Shown here piece by piece: positions 1 through 9,366 of a stretch of 64,000 nucleotides of DNA; position 1 is the first letter of the stretch, and the number at the start of each line of letters is the position of its first letter. The stretch lies in contig CH464491.1 of the NCBI GenBank assembly GCA_000002445.1, positions 32,001 through 96,000 on the forward strand, given 5' to 3'. The position numbers and the translations under genes were made by a program. This stretch comes from Trypanosoma brucei. Lineage: Eukaryota. A model generated the notes under the pieces. The model saw nothing but the letters and a program-made list of their open reading frames with translations, did no database searches and had not been told where the DNA came from.

Positions 1-3000
1 ATTCATCATTCCATTCTTCCGTATTAGTGCGAGGAAGCGGTACACGCCAACGTTCACAGTACGGCATCAATAGTTTCTCACGTTGCTGACCTTTGAATGT
101 GGCGAGTAACATTTGAAGTGAACTCATGATCATCTGAGCTGATTCACTTAATTCCACGCGTGATGAGCTATTCTCACTTGTGGAGTTGGTGGTTTCATTC
201 CCATCTTCAAAGTAATAATCATGATCCAAGCGTAGGGCTGCAAAGGTACGACCCGGTACTGCATTAAGTTGGTATAATTGTACCGGTTGGGGAACACCAC
301 GCAACTGAACGGGTCCGAGTGCGGTTACATCAAGTTGATGCCGCTGTGATTCACTTAAAGACATATAAGTTGCATGTGTTAGTAATACTTGCCCACCATT
401 GGCAACACTCTCCGTGCGAGCTGCCATATTGGTGGTGGGACCGTAGTAATCGAAACCTTTTGTAACTTCATCATGTCGAATATCACAAAGCCCAGTATGA
501 ATACCAATGCGTACACGCAAACCACTCCATAACCGACAATACACCTCAGAGTCCAGACATGCAGTAGGAGAAGTGTATTCATTATCCTCCTTCGCATTCG
601 TTTCCTCAAACTCACGGTAGAAATTATCCAATGCATCCGTACCCCAATCATTATGTAAAAACACAAGTTGGAGGTCTGCTGCAAGTTGTACAGCCTTAAA
701 TGGGTCCTGACATGCAATCATAAAAGAATCACCAATAGTTTTCACTTCATAGCAGTCGTGCTTAAGTACCAGTTGGCGAATCATACGGTGATGTGCTGCC
801 ACAGCTTCAGTCATAATATCAGGGTAAGTTGCCCACTGTGCTGTGCTGCTTTCAATATCAGTGAAAATAAGTGTCACAGGATCAGTCGGCTGCCTCGGTG
901 CTAGTTCGTTATCACGCTTGTTACTGATGGTACAGTATAGTGCTACTCCAAGGGTAACAAAAAGTAATAACGCGAAAACTAAACCAATAATGATGCCAAC
1001 TACCTGAGAGGATGACAACTGAACACGAATTTTTTTGTACACAATAGAAGGTGTCACCGGCTCCTGCATTACAGGAAGGGTGGGGTCCAATACGCGGCCG
1101 AAGGACCATACAGATATGTCTGTGGCACCATAATTCCAAACACAATTACCAGACAATTGTACACCGTTGGCAATACAATCAGCATCATTAAAGGGCCCAT
1201 ACCTCATATCATCAACAACAAAGGAAGTTTGCCAAAATATTTCATCAGACAATAGGGAAGAGCTAACCTTCTTCATGGGTAACAGAAGTGTTTGCATCAC
1301 TCGAGCGATGGCAAAGCCACGCAGTGACATTGGTGACCATTGTGACGGATCGGGAATGGCTTCATGGTAAGCAATAATGGTTTCCGATGTGGAACTATTA
1401 TCAGCCCAATGCGGCAAACTAGTGGCGAAAAGCAGGCGCTGTGCCTTGGCGTTTGCAGTCACACTGAACTCTAACTTCAGTTCCTCGTAATATAATAACA
1501 AGTCCGTGAATGTTATGAACACACGAGCTTGAGGATGGGTGTCAAGGTATTTTGATATCGTTTTCACATCGGGAGTTGTAAGTCCGAGTATGAACACGTC
1601 ACCACCATGTTTCAAGTGCTCCATATGGATATCAGAAACATGTTCATTCAAAAGAACTCTGGACCCGAGTGATGCACCAAAAGTCATAAGTGACATGGAC
1701 AGTACCTCAGCAACTTCAGCTGCTTCATCACTCCGAATTATAGTGTGAGCAATATGATTTGTTAAACGTGAGAAATACTGCGCAAGCACATACAGTTCTT
1801 GGGTGAGCGTAGGGAAAAAGTGTATGACATTCCTTTTGAATGTGCTCACCTGAGGAAAAACTACCATAGGGTCAAAGAAGATAACATCCGGTGTGGTGAG
1901 CACCTCATTGGTTACAACACCGAATACAGCAGAAACAATCCTTTCATCCAATGTATCAATAAGGTCCTTCGCAGCTCCTGAATATGAAGAATTAAGGGAA
2001 TGAAGATAAAGTCGGTCTCTACCTTCCCCGAATATTCGGAGGAATGTAGCGAATATACCTCTGTAGTACCTCAGGTTAGCGCGGTGTGCGTTTTCCATAT
2101 CGGCCATCATTATTATGCTGCTGCTCATCGGGGCATACAAAGGAACACTTAAGGTACCGCACTCAGAACCTTTTTGAAGAAAGAACCCTCTCCTCAGCGA
2201 AGCAAACTGGTATTTTTCCACCACTTCCTTCATATACACTACACTTCCTCCTTGATTGCAACGACACACGGCACCTTGAAGTTGAGCAGCACTGCCACAC
2301 TCACCTCCAAAGTCACCAATCACCATATCATCAATCAAGTAACGGCGCTGATTATAAAGTGATAATCTAAACAAGGTGCGATTTGTTAATGATATGCTGT
2401 CAACTAATGCTCGCATAAGCATCTCTCCAGCAAGCCACCCAAGAACCATCAATTCTCCACTGTTATGGTTTGTGTCAAAGTGTTCTGGTTTCGCAAAACC
2501 ACCCCAGTTCTCGTTAGTATTCAAATATTTTGTCATTTCTTCACGGAAGCGTTGAATGATTTTGTATCGTGTGTCACTCGCAAGTGGACCAGTACCAGTA
2601 ATAATAAGTTGACCAGCTTTTAATTCCGTGTTAGTTTCTTCCAAAGCTTCCTTCCAGGTATTCAGCAGAAATGTTTGCGAACTAGACGTAGTGAGTACAA
2701 AGGCATCTGCTGTATAATCCTCTCTCAATAAGTAGTGAATAAATTTTTTGGTGATGTCATGTGGAGAACCAAATAGCAACACGGCTTGTGGTCGTGTCTT
2801 CACAAATTTCTCCCACTCCTTGTCGAATGCGTCATCTCCAATACGCTCATTAACATTACCATCAATGGCAAATGTACCACACAACTTATATCCCATCATA
2901 GACATCACCTGCTCTGTAAAGGTATATGAAGAATCACCAAAGTTTGTGCCTTTCAGATACATAAAACCCACGCGTCGAAGTCGAAGAAATACGACAGCAT

Positions 3001-3487
3001 AACGAATCAGAGCAAGTAACTCAGCTTTGGGTTCAACACTTGGATAATAGAAATGAGGATTCCACCCACGAACTTCATCAGAATAAGAGAGAGGTGCAAA
3101 GGCAACTAAATCATGTTCCTCCAATTTGTCTCGAATCCAAAGTACGTTTTGGTTCCCCAGTGGTCCAACTATAACAAGAAGCTGTTCTTTACTATTCTTT
3201 ACTGCGTCATTGAAAGTTTCTTCGATTGTTTGATTGTAAGATGATGGTGTTTGTAAAGAAATTTCAAAATCAGATGCCTTTTCGACACTATTGGTTGCCA
3301 AAGATGCACTCAAACCTGCGTTGAGGGAGTTTACAATTTCGACATCCGCTTTCATATTATACATGAGATTCAGAACCTTAACAGTAACTTTGTCGGATGC
3401 TCCAACCGTGCGCATTAGCACCACAGTAGCCACTAATGCTGCGAATAATAACTTGCGGATGTGTGCGTGCCGTCGGTTATTTGCCAT
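1..3487 (-). CDS. GRESAG4: Receptor-type adenylate cyclase, GRESAG4/ESAG4 family. It is 5'-complete in the window, and the C-terminus continues past position 1.
   Basis: The minus-strand frame is open from the ATG at 3487..3485 down to the window edge, and the track shows no stop-terminated ORF in this frame. The N-terminus MANNRRHAHIRKLLFAALVATVVLMRTVGASDK looks like a signal peptide. A large extracellular domain follows, then one TM helix (VVGIIIGLVFALLLFVTLGVALY). The class III cyclase catalytic domain reads LIFTDIESSTAQWA...YEVKTIGDSFMIAC...GLRVRIGIHTGLCDIRHDEVTKGFDYYGPTTNMAARTESVANGGQVLLT. Confidence 0.85.
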   Translation of the reverse strand, partial: MANNRRHAHIRKLLFAALVATVVLMRTVGASDKVTVKVLNLMYNMKADVEIVNSLNAGLSASLATNSVEKASDFEISLQTPSSYNQTIEETFNDAVKNSKEQLLVIVGPLGNQNVLWIRDKLEEHDLVAFAPLSYSDEVRGWNPHFYYPSVEPKAELLALIRYAVVFLRLRRVGFMYLKGTNFGDSSYTFTEQVMSMMGYKLCGTFAIDGNVNERIGDDAFDKEWEKFVKTRPQAVLLFGSPHDITKKFIHYLLREDYTADAFVLTTSSSQTFLLNTWKEALEETNTELKAGQLIITGTGPLASDTRYKIIQRFREEMTKYLNTNENWGGFAKPEHFDTNHNSGELMVLGWLAGEMLMRALVDSISLTNRTLFRLSLYNQRRYLIDDMVIGDFGGECGSAAQLQGAVCRCNQGGSVVYMKEVVEKYQFASLRRGFFLQKGSECGTLSVPLYAPMSSSIIMMADMENAHRANLRYYRGIFATFLRIFGEGRDRLYLHSLNSSYSGAAKDLIDTLDERIVSAVFGVVTNEVLTTPDVIFFDPMVVFPQVSTFKRNVIHFFPTLTQELYVLAQYFSRLTNHIAHTIIRSDEAAEVAEVLSMSLMTFGASLGSRVLLNEHVSDIHMEHLKHGGDVFILGLTTPDVKTISKYLDTHPQARVFITFTDLLLYYEELKLEFSVTANAKAQRLLFATSLPHWADNSSTSETIIAYHEAIPDPSQWSPMSLRGFAIARVMQTLLLPMKKVSSSLLSDEIFWQTSFVVDDMRYGPFNDADCIANGVQLSGNCVWNYGATDISVWSFGRVLDPTLPVMQEPVTPSIVYKKIRVQLSSSQVVGIIIGLVFALLLFVTLGVALYCTISNKRDNELAPRQPTDPVTLIFTDIESSTAQWATYPDIMTEAVAAHHRMIRQLVLKHDCYEVKTIGDSFMIACQDPFKAVQLAADLQLVFLHNDWGTDALDNFYREFEETNAKEDNEYTSPTACLDSEVYCRLWSGLRVRIGIHTGLCDIRHDEVTKGFDYYGPTTNMAARTESVANGGQVLLTHATYMSLSESQRHQLDVTALGPVQLRGVPQPVQLYQLNAVPGRTFAALRLDHDYYFEDGNETTNSTSENSSSRVELSESAQMIMSSLQMLLATFKGQQREKLLMPYCERWRVPLPRTNTEEWNDE

Positions 3488-4189
3488 CAGCGGCAAACTC
3501 CTGTTGGTTGGCACTGGTGGTGAATGAAATGTTACAGCTTTTATGGTTGTAATGACGTCCCTGTAGCACATGGTTAAAGACACACTTTGAAAAATTTTGG
3601 GGCGGCGCTACGTTGTTCTAAAAAGGTAAGGAGACTGATATGTAATGAATGGGATATCTGAAGTGACGATGAGATGTTGTGTCATTCTGAGTGAAGAGCA
3701 AACGGGCCTCGTATATTAATTCTGTGAACGTGTCTACAGACGATTCTTTAGATGGTGAATATTTATTCCTTCTTGCAGTGAACCAAAGCCTAACAGAAGT
3801 GACACCTGCTATCGAATGATTCGCCTTCACATTCAACCAGTTACAGACAGTTAGTGTCTTTTTAAAATTGGCGGTAGATAACTTGGCTGACCAAGTGATA
3901 ATTAAAAGATTTGCTGTAAAACGAATATTAGCAACTACACTTCACCGCAAAAATGGGGACTTTGTGCTGCCACCCCTACGCTCATAGGGATTAGAAACCC
4001 TGCACAAAAGAATAAAAGGTCGCACGTAGTTGAAATTGTTTCTCGCCAAACGATTCGCGGCTGATCTCAACCCCCCTATTTCAGAAAAATTAACATCCGG
4101 TGTTCCGCTCAATTGCTACCGGGTGCTGTTACCAATCGTAGGTGAAGTTACAGCGGTCAAGTTATTTGTCCCTTCGGTACACCTTTAAT

Positions 4190-4320
4190 AGTGAGAAAAA
4201 GAAAAAAAAGGAATCAAAAGAGGGCACAAGTTGAGTTGGGTGAGAAGTATTAGACGAACAGGTAGTGTATATGCATTGACGGTAACAGTCAAAGAAAAAA
4301 GAGGGAAAAAGTAACAACAT
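4190..4320 (-). promoter_or_regulatory. Polypyrimidine tract(s) on the minus strand upstream of the GRESAG4 start, a candidate trans-splicing signal.
   Basis: The plus strand reads gagaaaaagaaaaaaaaggaatcaaaagaggg...aaagaaaaaagagggaaaaag. That is C/T-rich on the coding (minus) strand, 700-830 nt upstream of the ATG at 3487. Confidence 0.35.
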
Positions 4321-4566
4321 CAATACCAATTAGAATGGAGTTGTGAGAGTAACACCACCTGAGACCCTTTTCTCGTTTCTTTCTTCATTGCGTCGCGTAA
4401 AAATAAAAAAAACAAAAGTGTAAACAGTTACGATGGGCTTCACACCTGTGCCAGTTTTTATCCCGCCTGTACTGACGCCCTTTTGACACCCCAATTGACG
4501 TGCATAACTGACATTCAACAGTTTGAAAGGTTTCAGAGCCTCGGGTAATAATTTTTGACTCAATAT

Positions 4567-4830
4567 TTAGCGGCCGTCTCCACCCAAAAGAGAAGCCTCA
4601 CTTTCGGGAATGTAATCGAGAACATCGATCCCATCTTCAAAGAACTCGTCGAGGAATTCGAAGTCTGAGTCAAATAATGCACCATAATCCTCATCATCAT
4701 TCGCTGGTTTTTTTTGTCCATCACAACCATTAGTCCCACACCTCACGCTAGTGGCAAGTAGTGGCCGTGACATGCTACGCATATGGACCAAGAAATTACT
4801 TGTGATTGGGACGTGTAACCTCCGTAACAT
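4567..4830 (-). CDS. Small hypothetical protein with a strongly acidic C-terminus. The true start is probably an internal Met (MRSMSRP..., about 70 aa).
   Basis: An 87-codon minus ORF ending DYGALFDSDFEFLDEFFEDGIDVLDYIPESEASLLGGDGR. It is co-oriented with the gene array. I do not recognise a family. Confidence 0.3.
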   Translation of the reverse strand: MLRRLHVPITSNFLVHMRSMSRPLLATSVRCGTNGCDGQKKPANDDEDYGALFDSDFEFLDEFFEDGIDVLDYIPESEASLLGGDGR

Positions 4831-4904
4831 TTTCCCTGTTTCTTTTTTTAGACAATTAACTTTAAGTCATGATTTAAAGTCAAAAAAAAAATCAAAAAGG
4901 AAAA

Positions 4905-4931
4905 ATATATGTATATATATATATATATATA
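4905..4931. repeat. (TA)n microsatellite.
   Basis: The sequence tatatgtatatatatatatatatatat, read directly. Confidence 0.9.
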
Positions 4932-5085
4932 ACATGAAATTATTGGCTTTATTTGCACGACAAAATATATAATTATTTAGACATGTATCATAACACGCGT
5001 ACTTATGAGACTTCATATAATGGGAATAGTTACAAACAATGTTCCGAATGTGGGGTAAAAGATGATGATGATGATAATGGCACGA

Positions 5086-5451
5086 CTATCGCAGTAGAAC
5101 GCACCAAAAGAAGATCAAAACGAAAAACACCACAACCCCAATTAAAAGTGTGTGGCGGAATCCATAACGTTGCACCACCTCTCCGATACGACCCACAGAC
5201 CGATTGACACCACTCGATGCACGCGAGAAGGCGGAACCCACGAAAGAAAGCATTTGATTTTGTTCTTCCACCTCTTGTCGTAATGTATCTGCGGAAGTTT
5301 TCACTTTAGCTGCTGTATTACCCAAAGCGTTCAACAGAGCCTCATTCTCCTTCACGAGATCTTCTTCAAATTGCGCACGCTTCTCAGCACTTAAATCATC
5401 AGATTGTTTTTCCAAACGTTGTCCACCAAAGACGGTGGATCTCATTTCCAA
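5086..5451 (-). CDS. Bet1/SFT1-like Qc-SNARE, a tail-anchored Golgi SNARE.
   Basis: A 121-aa protein with a SNARE-like heptad region (NEALLNALGNTAAKVKTSADTLRQEVEEQNQMLSFVGSAFSRASSGVNRSVGRI). It has one C-terminal TM anchor, LLIGVVVFFVLIFFWCVLLR, at the extreme C-terminus. Size and layout match Bet1-family SNAREs. Confidence 0.55.
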   Translation of the reverse strand: MEMRSTVFGGQRLEKQSDDLSAEKRAQFEEDLVKENEALLNALGNTAAKVKTSADTLRQEVEEQNQMLSFVGSAFSRASSGVNRSVGRIGEVVQRYGFRHTLLIGVVVFFVLIFFWCVLLR

Positions 5452-6133
5452 AGTGATAGATGTAAGTATTTACCCTCAGCTTGTAAGTAAAGAATCGCAA
5501 TACACAAAAACACGCGCACACTTTTTTATTATCGTACACGAGTTCCGTGAAAAAACGTTCGCTAATTTCTATGACAGGCAAAGAGCAGCGCCCACCGGAA
5601 ATAAATTGTCTTTTCTTTCCCTTTTTAAATGTGTAGAAGCAAATATGTTTTTTTTTGTTCTTCCATTTCACAGCCCAACAACAACAACAAAAAGAGATAT
5701 ATGGTAGCAATTGCGCTCACAATAAGTAACATCATAGCAGAGGACAAGAATGATTGTAATTGTGTTTGCACATATATAAACGTAAATATATATATATTTC
5801 TTTCCCTCTTAACAGGCATTCCTCAGAATCCTTCCGTTTCGATAGCACACACAAAAAAAAAAAGCATCGGTTTGTCATCGCAGACGTTACGATTTCATCA
5901 TGCGCCGGCAGCCAATGTTGCGTCGTTTCATCCGCCGCTTTTTGTCGTGTTCCATACGTATTTCTATACGATAGGGACGTTTAACGTTATATCCCATTCC
6001 ACCAACAAATGTTCTCTTGAGAAACTGTGACCAAAGCGCCAGCGATGGAGTAAACATAAGTAACTACCCTTTTTTTTTGCTTTTGCTTTTTTCTTTTTTT
6101 TTTTCACCGCTGACGGTGCGGCTGCTTCGACTA

Positions 6134-6146
6134 TTTTTTTTTTTTT
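6134..6146. repeat. Poly(T) homopolymer of about 13 nt inside a T-rich low-complexity spacer (6060-6240).
   Basis: The sequence ctattttttttttttttgtgt, read directly. Flanking sequence has ctttttttttgcttttgcttttttctttttttttttcacc. Confidence 0.9.
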
Positions 6147-6284
6147 GTGTACGCCTCCGATACTTATTTTACATGAAATTTTTGGCAGGACAATGCGAAA
6201 TGTACCAATTTTTTTTTAAAAAAATAAAAATGCAACAAGGGGGAAAAAAGAAAACATAATGAAATAAATACGTATACTTACATA

Positions 6285-6308
6285 TTATATATATATATAT
6301 ATATATAT
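6285..6308. repeat. (TA)12 microsatellite.
   Basis: The sequence tatatatatatatatatatatatat, read directly. Confidence 0.9.
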
Positions 6309-6948
6309 TTACATATTTGTATCAACAACAACAAACATAGTTATGGCGAATGCTTTTGGTAGTGTCGTTGAGGGTGACACGACGCGTGAAGTGAAATGCA
6401 AATATATATATAATATATTAAAATAAACTGTTATTTGCATTTATATTTCCTTATAGGGAAGGGAAGGTGCAGACACATGGACAGGGATAATTCTTCCTTC
6501 AAGTGTTCGGTGCCTCATGCAAATTACGAAATATTTATCGCAGTTCTACACAACCCCAACAAATCAAACAAAAAAGCAAGCACTAACATATATCCATTTT
6601 GTTTTTCTCTAATTGTTTCTTTTTTTTTTCCGAGTAAATTAAAAAAAAAGGAAAGTGGAAATCAAGACGAAAACAATAACAACAGTAACAAAAAAAGGGG
6701 TACAATCCTTCCATCCAACCATTATGTGAACCCCTACAACTCTACCCTTCCTGTTTTCTTATCACTTTCTTTTTTTTTCAAATTTAAACATTCATTTTTC
6801 GTTCCTAATTTACTTCCGTTACGGGAGTTCCGACACGCTGCAAATTATAAAACATAACCAAAACGGAGTGAAGGCGATGAACCGGCTTTGTCATTTTCCC
6901 GTTGCTGGTCATTTGAAACGCTTCGTCAAAAAACTCCACTTCCGGAAT

Positions 6949-7179
6949 TCACTCAACCACACCGCCCCTATGGGAAGTAATGGTAAAATATATTTGAACC
7001 ACCGTTGAACCGAGAACAATAAATAAAATTGTTGCACCAAGCCAACTGGGCAATGCAGAGGCATTTTCACGCTTCTCGCGTAGTTTTTTCTTTTCCTCAT
7101 CAGAGAGTCGTGGCATGCTGATTTGGCTGTTTTGCTTCTGCGCCTTAACGCGAATCATCCTTGTAGGGCTTAAAGGCAT
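6949..7179 (-). CDS. RAMP4/SERP1/YSY6-family stress-associated ER membrane protein. The likely start is the second Met at 7158.
   Basis: A 76-codon ORF with a basic N-terminal half (RLSDEEKKKLREKRENAS) followed by the family motif ALPSWLGATILFIVLGSTVVQIYFTI. Compare yeast YSY6 ...ISKTWLGILLFLLVGGGVLQLI and human SERP1 [21 protein letters not shown]. It has one C-terminal TM. Confidence 0.55.
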   Translation of the reverse strand: MPLSPTRMIRVKAQKQNSQISMPRLSDEEKKKLREKRENASALPSWLGATILFIVLGSTVVQIYFTITSHRGGVVE

Positions 7180-7514
7180 TTTTTTTTTAAAAAAAATTTT
7201 TTGTTTTGTGTGTCGGGGTTGCTCCGGCTTAATTCGGTTCTAAAAAAAAAACTTAAAATCTACTATTGATGGAATAGGAAGCGGAAATAACCGTCGATGA
7301 TAATGACAATCAAGAAAAGAAAAAAAAAGAAGGGATCATCGAACACACACATGCGTGACAGAACACGGACAGAAAAGTAGGCATTATATGATGATGAAAT
7401 GCAACGACAAACCATGACAAAGCACTGCGGTAAAAACAAAAAAATTGTAATAAATACTTCTTCACAATAGAAGAGGATTAATAAAAATGCATTGAAGCAG
7501 GTGGCAGTGTCAGC

Positions 7515-9029
7515 CTATCGCACTCCATAACTTCGAAGGTTGAAATAATGGGCCTTCATACTCATCCGCTTCCCCAACTCTTCCGTGTAGTTTTGTACAC
7601 CACGCAAATCCTTTGAGAGATTCACACGGAAATAGAGATTGAAGGGTAATGCAAAGGGAATACGTTTGGCGTAGTCAACAATGTGACCGAGGCATCGCTG
7701 TTCATCTTCTGCATTCCACCAAAAACAAACATTAGGGTGAAGAAAACAAGTAACATCAACAACTGGTTGCAATAACTGACGCGTCACGTCCTGCGCTGAG
7801 GACCGAGTTACCTGGCGGAATGTACTTTTTACGATAATAGACGGTGCAAATGGTAAAATCACAGGAATACCACCAGAAAACAGTTGTGGAGGCGGCTCCT
7901 GAAACCATGGCACTTCGCTTCCATCTGCTCGCACAATCCGCTGCTCCACCACTTGTATCGCTTCATCACCCGCAGACGACGGCGGCACAACTTGAACGTT
8001 AAAAGCTGTTGCGTGACGGCTGGGAATGTCGGGATCACCCATTTCACCTGGTTTCAGATCGAGTGGTTGCCGGTCCCTTTCCACGGCATACATTTCTAAC
8101 ATTTCCCATATAACCTGCTTTGTGATATTTGCATGAAGTTCCCATTCCTCAGCCGCCTCCACAATTTGCGGAATCACGCGTGGATCCTCCCGGTGGACAC
8201 GAAACTCATATCCAATTGTAGTTACTTGAAAAGTTGGATTCTCCGGTGTGCTCCAAACACGCGGGCTGAGGGAATGATCAAAGCGACCAACAACAGAGAA
8301 ATCCGGCTCGGAACGGACCTCCACAAGTACACCAGACCGCTCAACACTCCTAACAGATGATCGCCTACACAACTGAAGTGCCGCGGTATTTGCTTTCGCC
8401 TTTCCCTCAAAGTAAACATCATTGGTATGTCCATTACGTCCACAACGCCATCCATGATTTGCATTTCCTCGATTCATACAAACGACGGTGGAGTGCCTTG
8501 AGTCGGTTTGCCGGAGGACGCCACACACCTTCGCTTCAATTGCGGGAAGGAGAGCCGCGCGTTCCGTGCGTGTGAGATGCAACACCTTATCGAAAAGTAC
8601 AATAAGTTCCTCACGGCTCAACCACTTGAGTTCATGCCAATCAATACCCTCATCCTTCAGTTTGTCGTAGTGCTTTTCCAAGTTACAAAGCATTTTGTAT
8701 TGTCTCCGACCGACGTGCCCACTGAGTTTTTCCAAAATGAGTTTTAGAGAAGTGTACCTGTTGTTTTCGCCCACAACATTAAAAGTATTGCTCAGGACCA
8801 TCTTTCGAGGCACCGAATATCGGGGATGATAACGGAGTGCATCCGCGGGAATAACACTACGTGTAGGAACCTTTGACACTTTACATAACACAGCAGTCCA
8901 TCTCATGCGATCAAAACAATAACGCAGCACAACTTCCCTCGAGACTTTAATATCAGAGAAGAGGTTTGTAACAACATAAAGTAGAAAGAAAAAAAGGCAA
9001 CACGGGGAGGTCAGGAAAAAGGAAAGCAC
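7515..9029 (-). CDS. Conserved hypothetical protein. The 504-codon ORF's first 40 or so codons probably read through the upstream polypyrimidine tract, so the real start is likely MRWTAVL... or later.
   Basis: A long uninterrupted minus ORF co-oriented with the array. The N-terminal stretch MLSFFLTSPCCLFFFLLYVV is what a Y-tract produces on translation. No family recognised. Confidence 0.5.
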   Translation of the reverse strand: MLSFFLTSPCCLFFFLLYVVTNLFSDIKVSREVVLRYCFDRMRWTAVLCKVSKVPTRSVIPADALRYHPRYSVPRKMVLSNTFNVVGENNRYTSLKLILEKLSGHVGRRQYKMLCNLEKHYDKLKDEGIDWHELKWLSREELIVLFDKVLHLTRTERAALLPAIEAKVCGVLRQTDSRHSTVVCMNRGNANHGWRCGRNGHTNDVYFEGKAKANTAALQLCRRSSVRSVERSGVLVEVRSEPDFSVVGRFDHSLSPRVWSTPENPTFQVTTIGYEFRVHREDPRVIPQIVEAAEEWELHANITKQVIWEMLEMYAVERDRQPLDLKPGEMGDPDIPSRHATAFNVQVVPPSSAGDEAIQVVEQRIVRADGSEVPWFQEPPPQLFSGGIPVILPFAPSIIVKSTFRQVTRSSAQDVTRQLLQPVVDVTCFLHPNVCFWWNAEDEQRCLGHIVDYAKRIPFALPFNLYFRVNLSKDLRGVQNYTEELGKRMSMKAHYFNLRSYGVR

Positions 9030-9128
9030 ATAAAGTGGGGTCAGTTGCTCACATTTGGAAAGGAATAAAAGGTGACGAAAATCGTAGAAGCATGACGAGA
9101 AGGAGAGAAATAAAAGAAAAAATAAAGA
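9030..9128 (-). promoter_or_regulatory. Polypyrimidine tract or splice-acceptor region upstream of the 7515..9029 gene.
   Basis: The plus strand is purine-rich (ggaaaaaggaaag...gagaaggagagaaataaaagaaaaaataaagaagaaatgg). This is a Y-tract on the minus strand. It explains the artefactual FFFLLYVV N-terminus of that ORF. Confidence 0.4.
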
Positions 9129-9366
9129 AGAAATGGTGTCCCCACCGGTATTTTATATAATGAACTATGTTTATGGACACTACAAAGGATCCATAGAACG
9201 ATAACACAAAAAAAGGAGGCATTCGAACGCAAATTTTCCCTCCTTGTACCTTTCATATCCCATTGCTTCCACATTTACACATGCACGAAAACACACGTGT
9301 GCACGCACCCAATTTGATTTTCCCTCACTGCCGTCAAGAAATTGGTTTCTCACCCTCCGCAGAACA

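Noticed and set aside
1-3487. The possibility that the adenylate cyclase marks a VSG bloodstream expression site (true ESAG4).
   Set aside because: There are no other ESAGs, no 70-bp repeats, and no VSG or telomeric repeats. Housekeeping genes lie immediately upstream in the same array. This favours a chromosome-internal GRESAG4 paralogue.
3841-4330. A possible tRNA or snRNA gene in the ORF-free stretch upstream of the adenylate cyclase.
   Set aside because: There is no GGTTCGANTCC-type T-arm and no cloverleaf-compatible segment. There are no A/B-box pairs by eye. The stretch is more simply the 5' UTR and Y-tract region of the cyclase gene.
5629-6857. Plus-strand ORFs 5629..6030, 5760..5984, 6017..6259 and 6435..6857.
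   Set aside because: They are low-complexity translations of poly-A/poly-T and (TA)n spacer sequence (poly-Lys, poly-Phe and poly-Asn peptides). They are on the non-array strand with no family resemblance.
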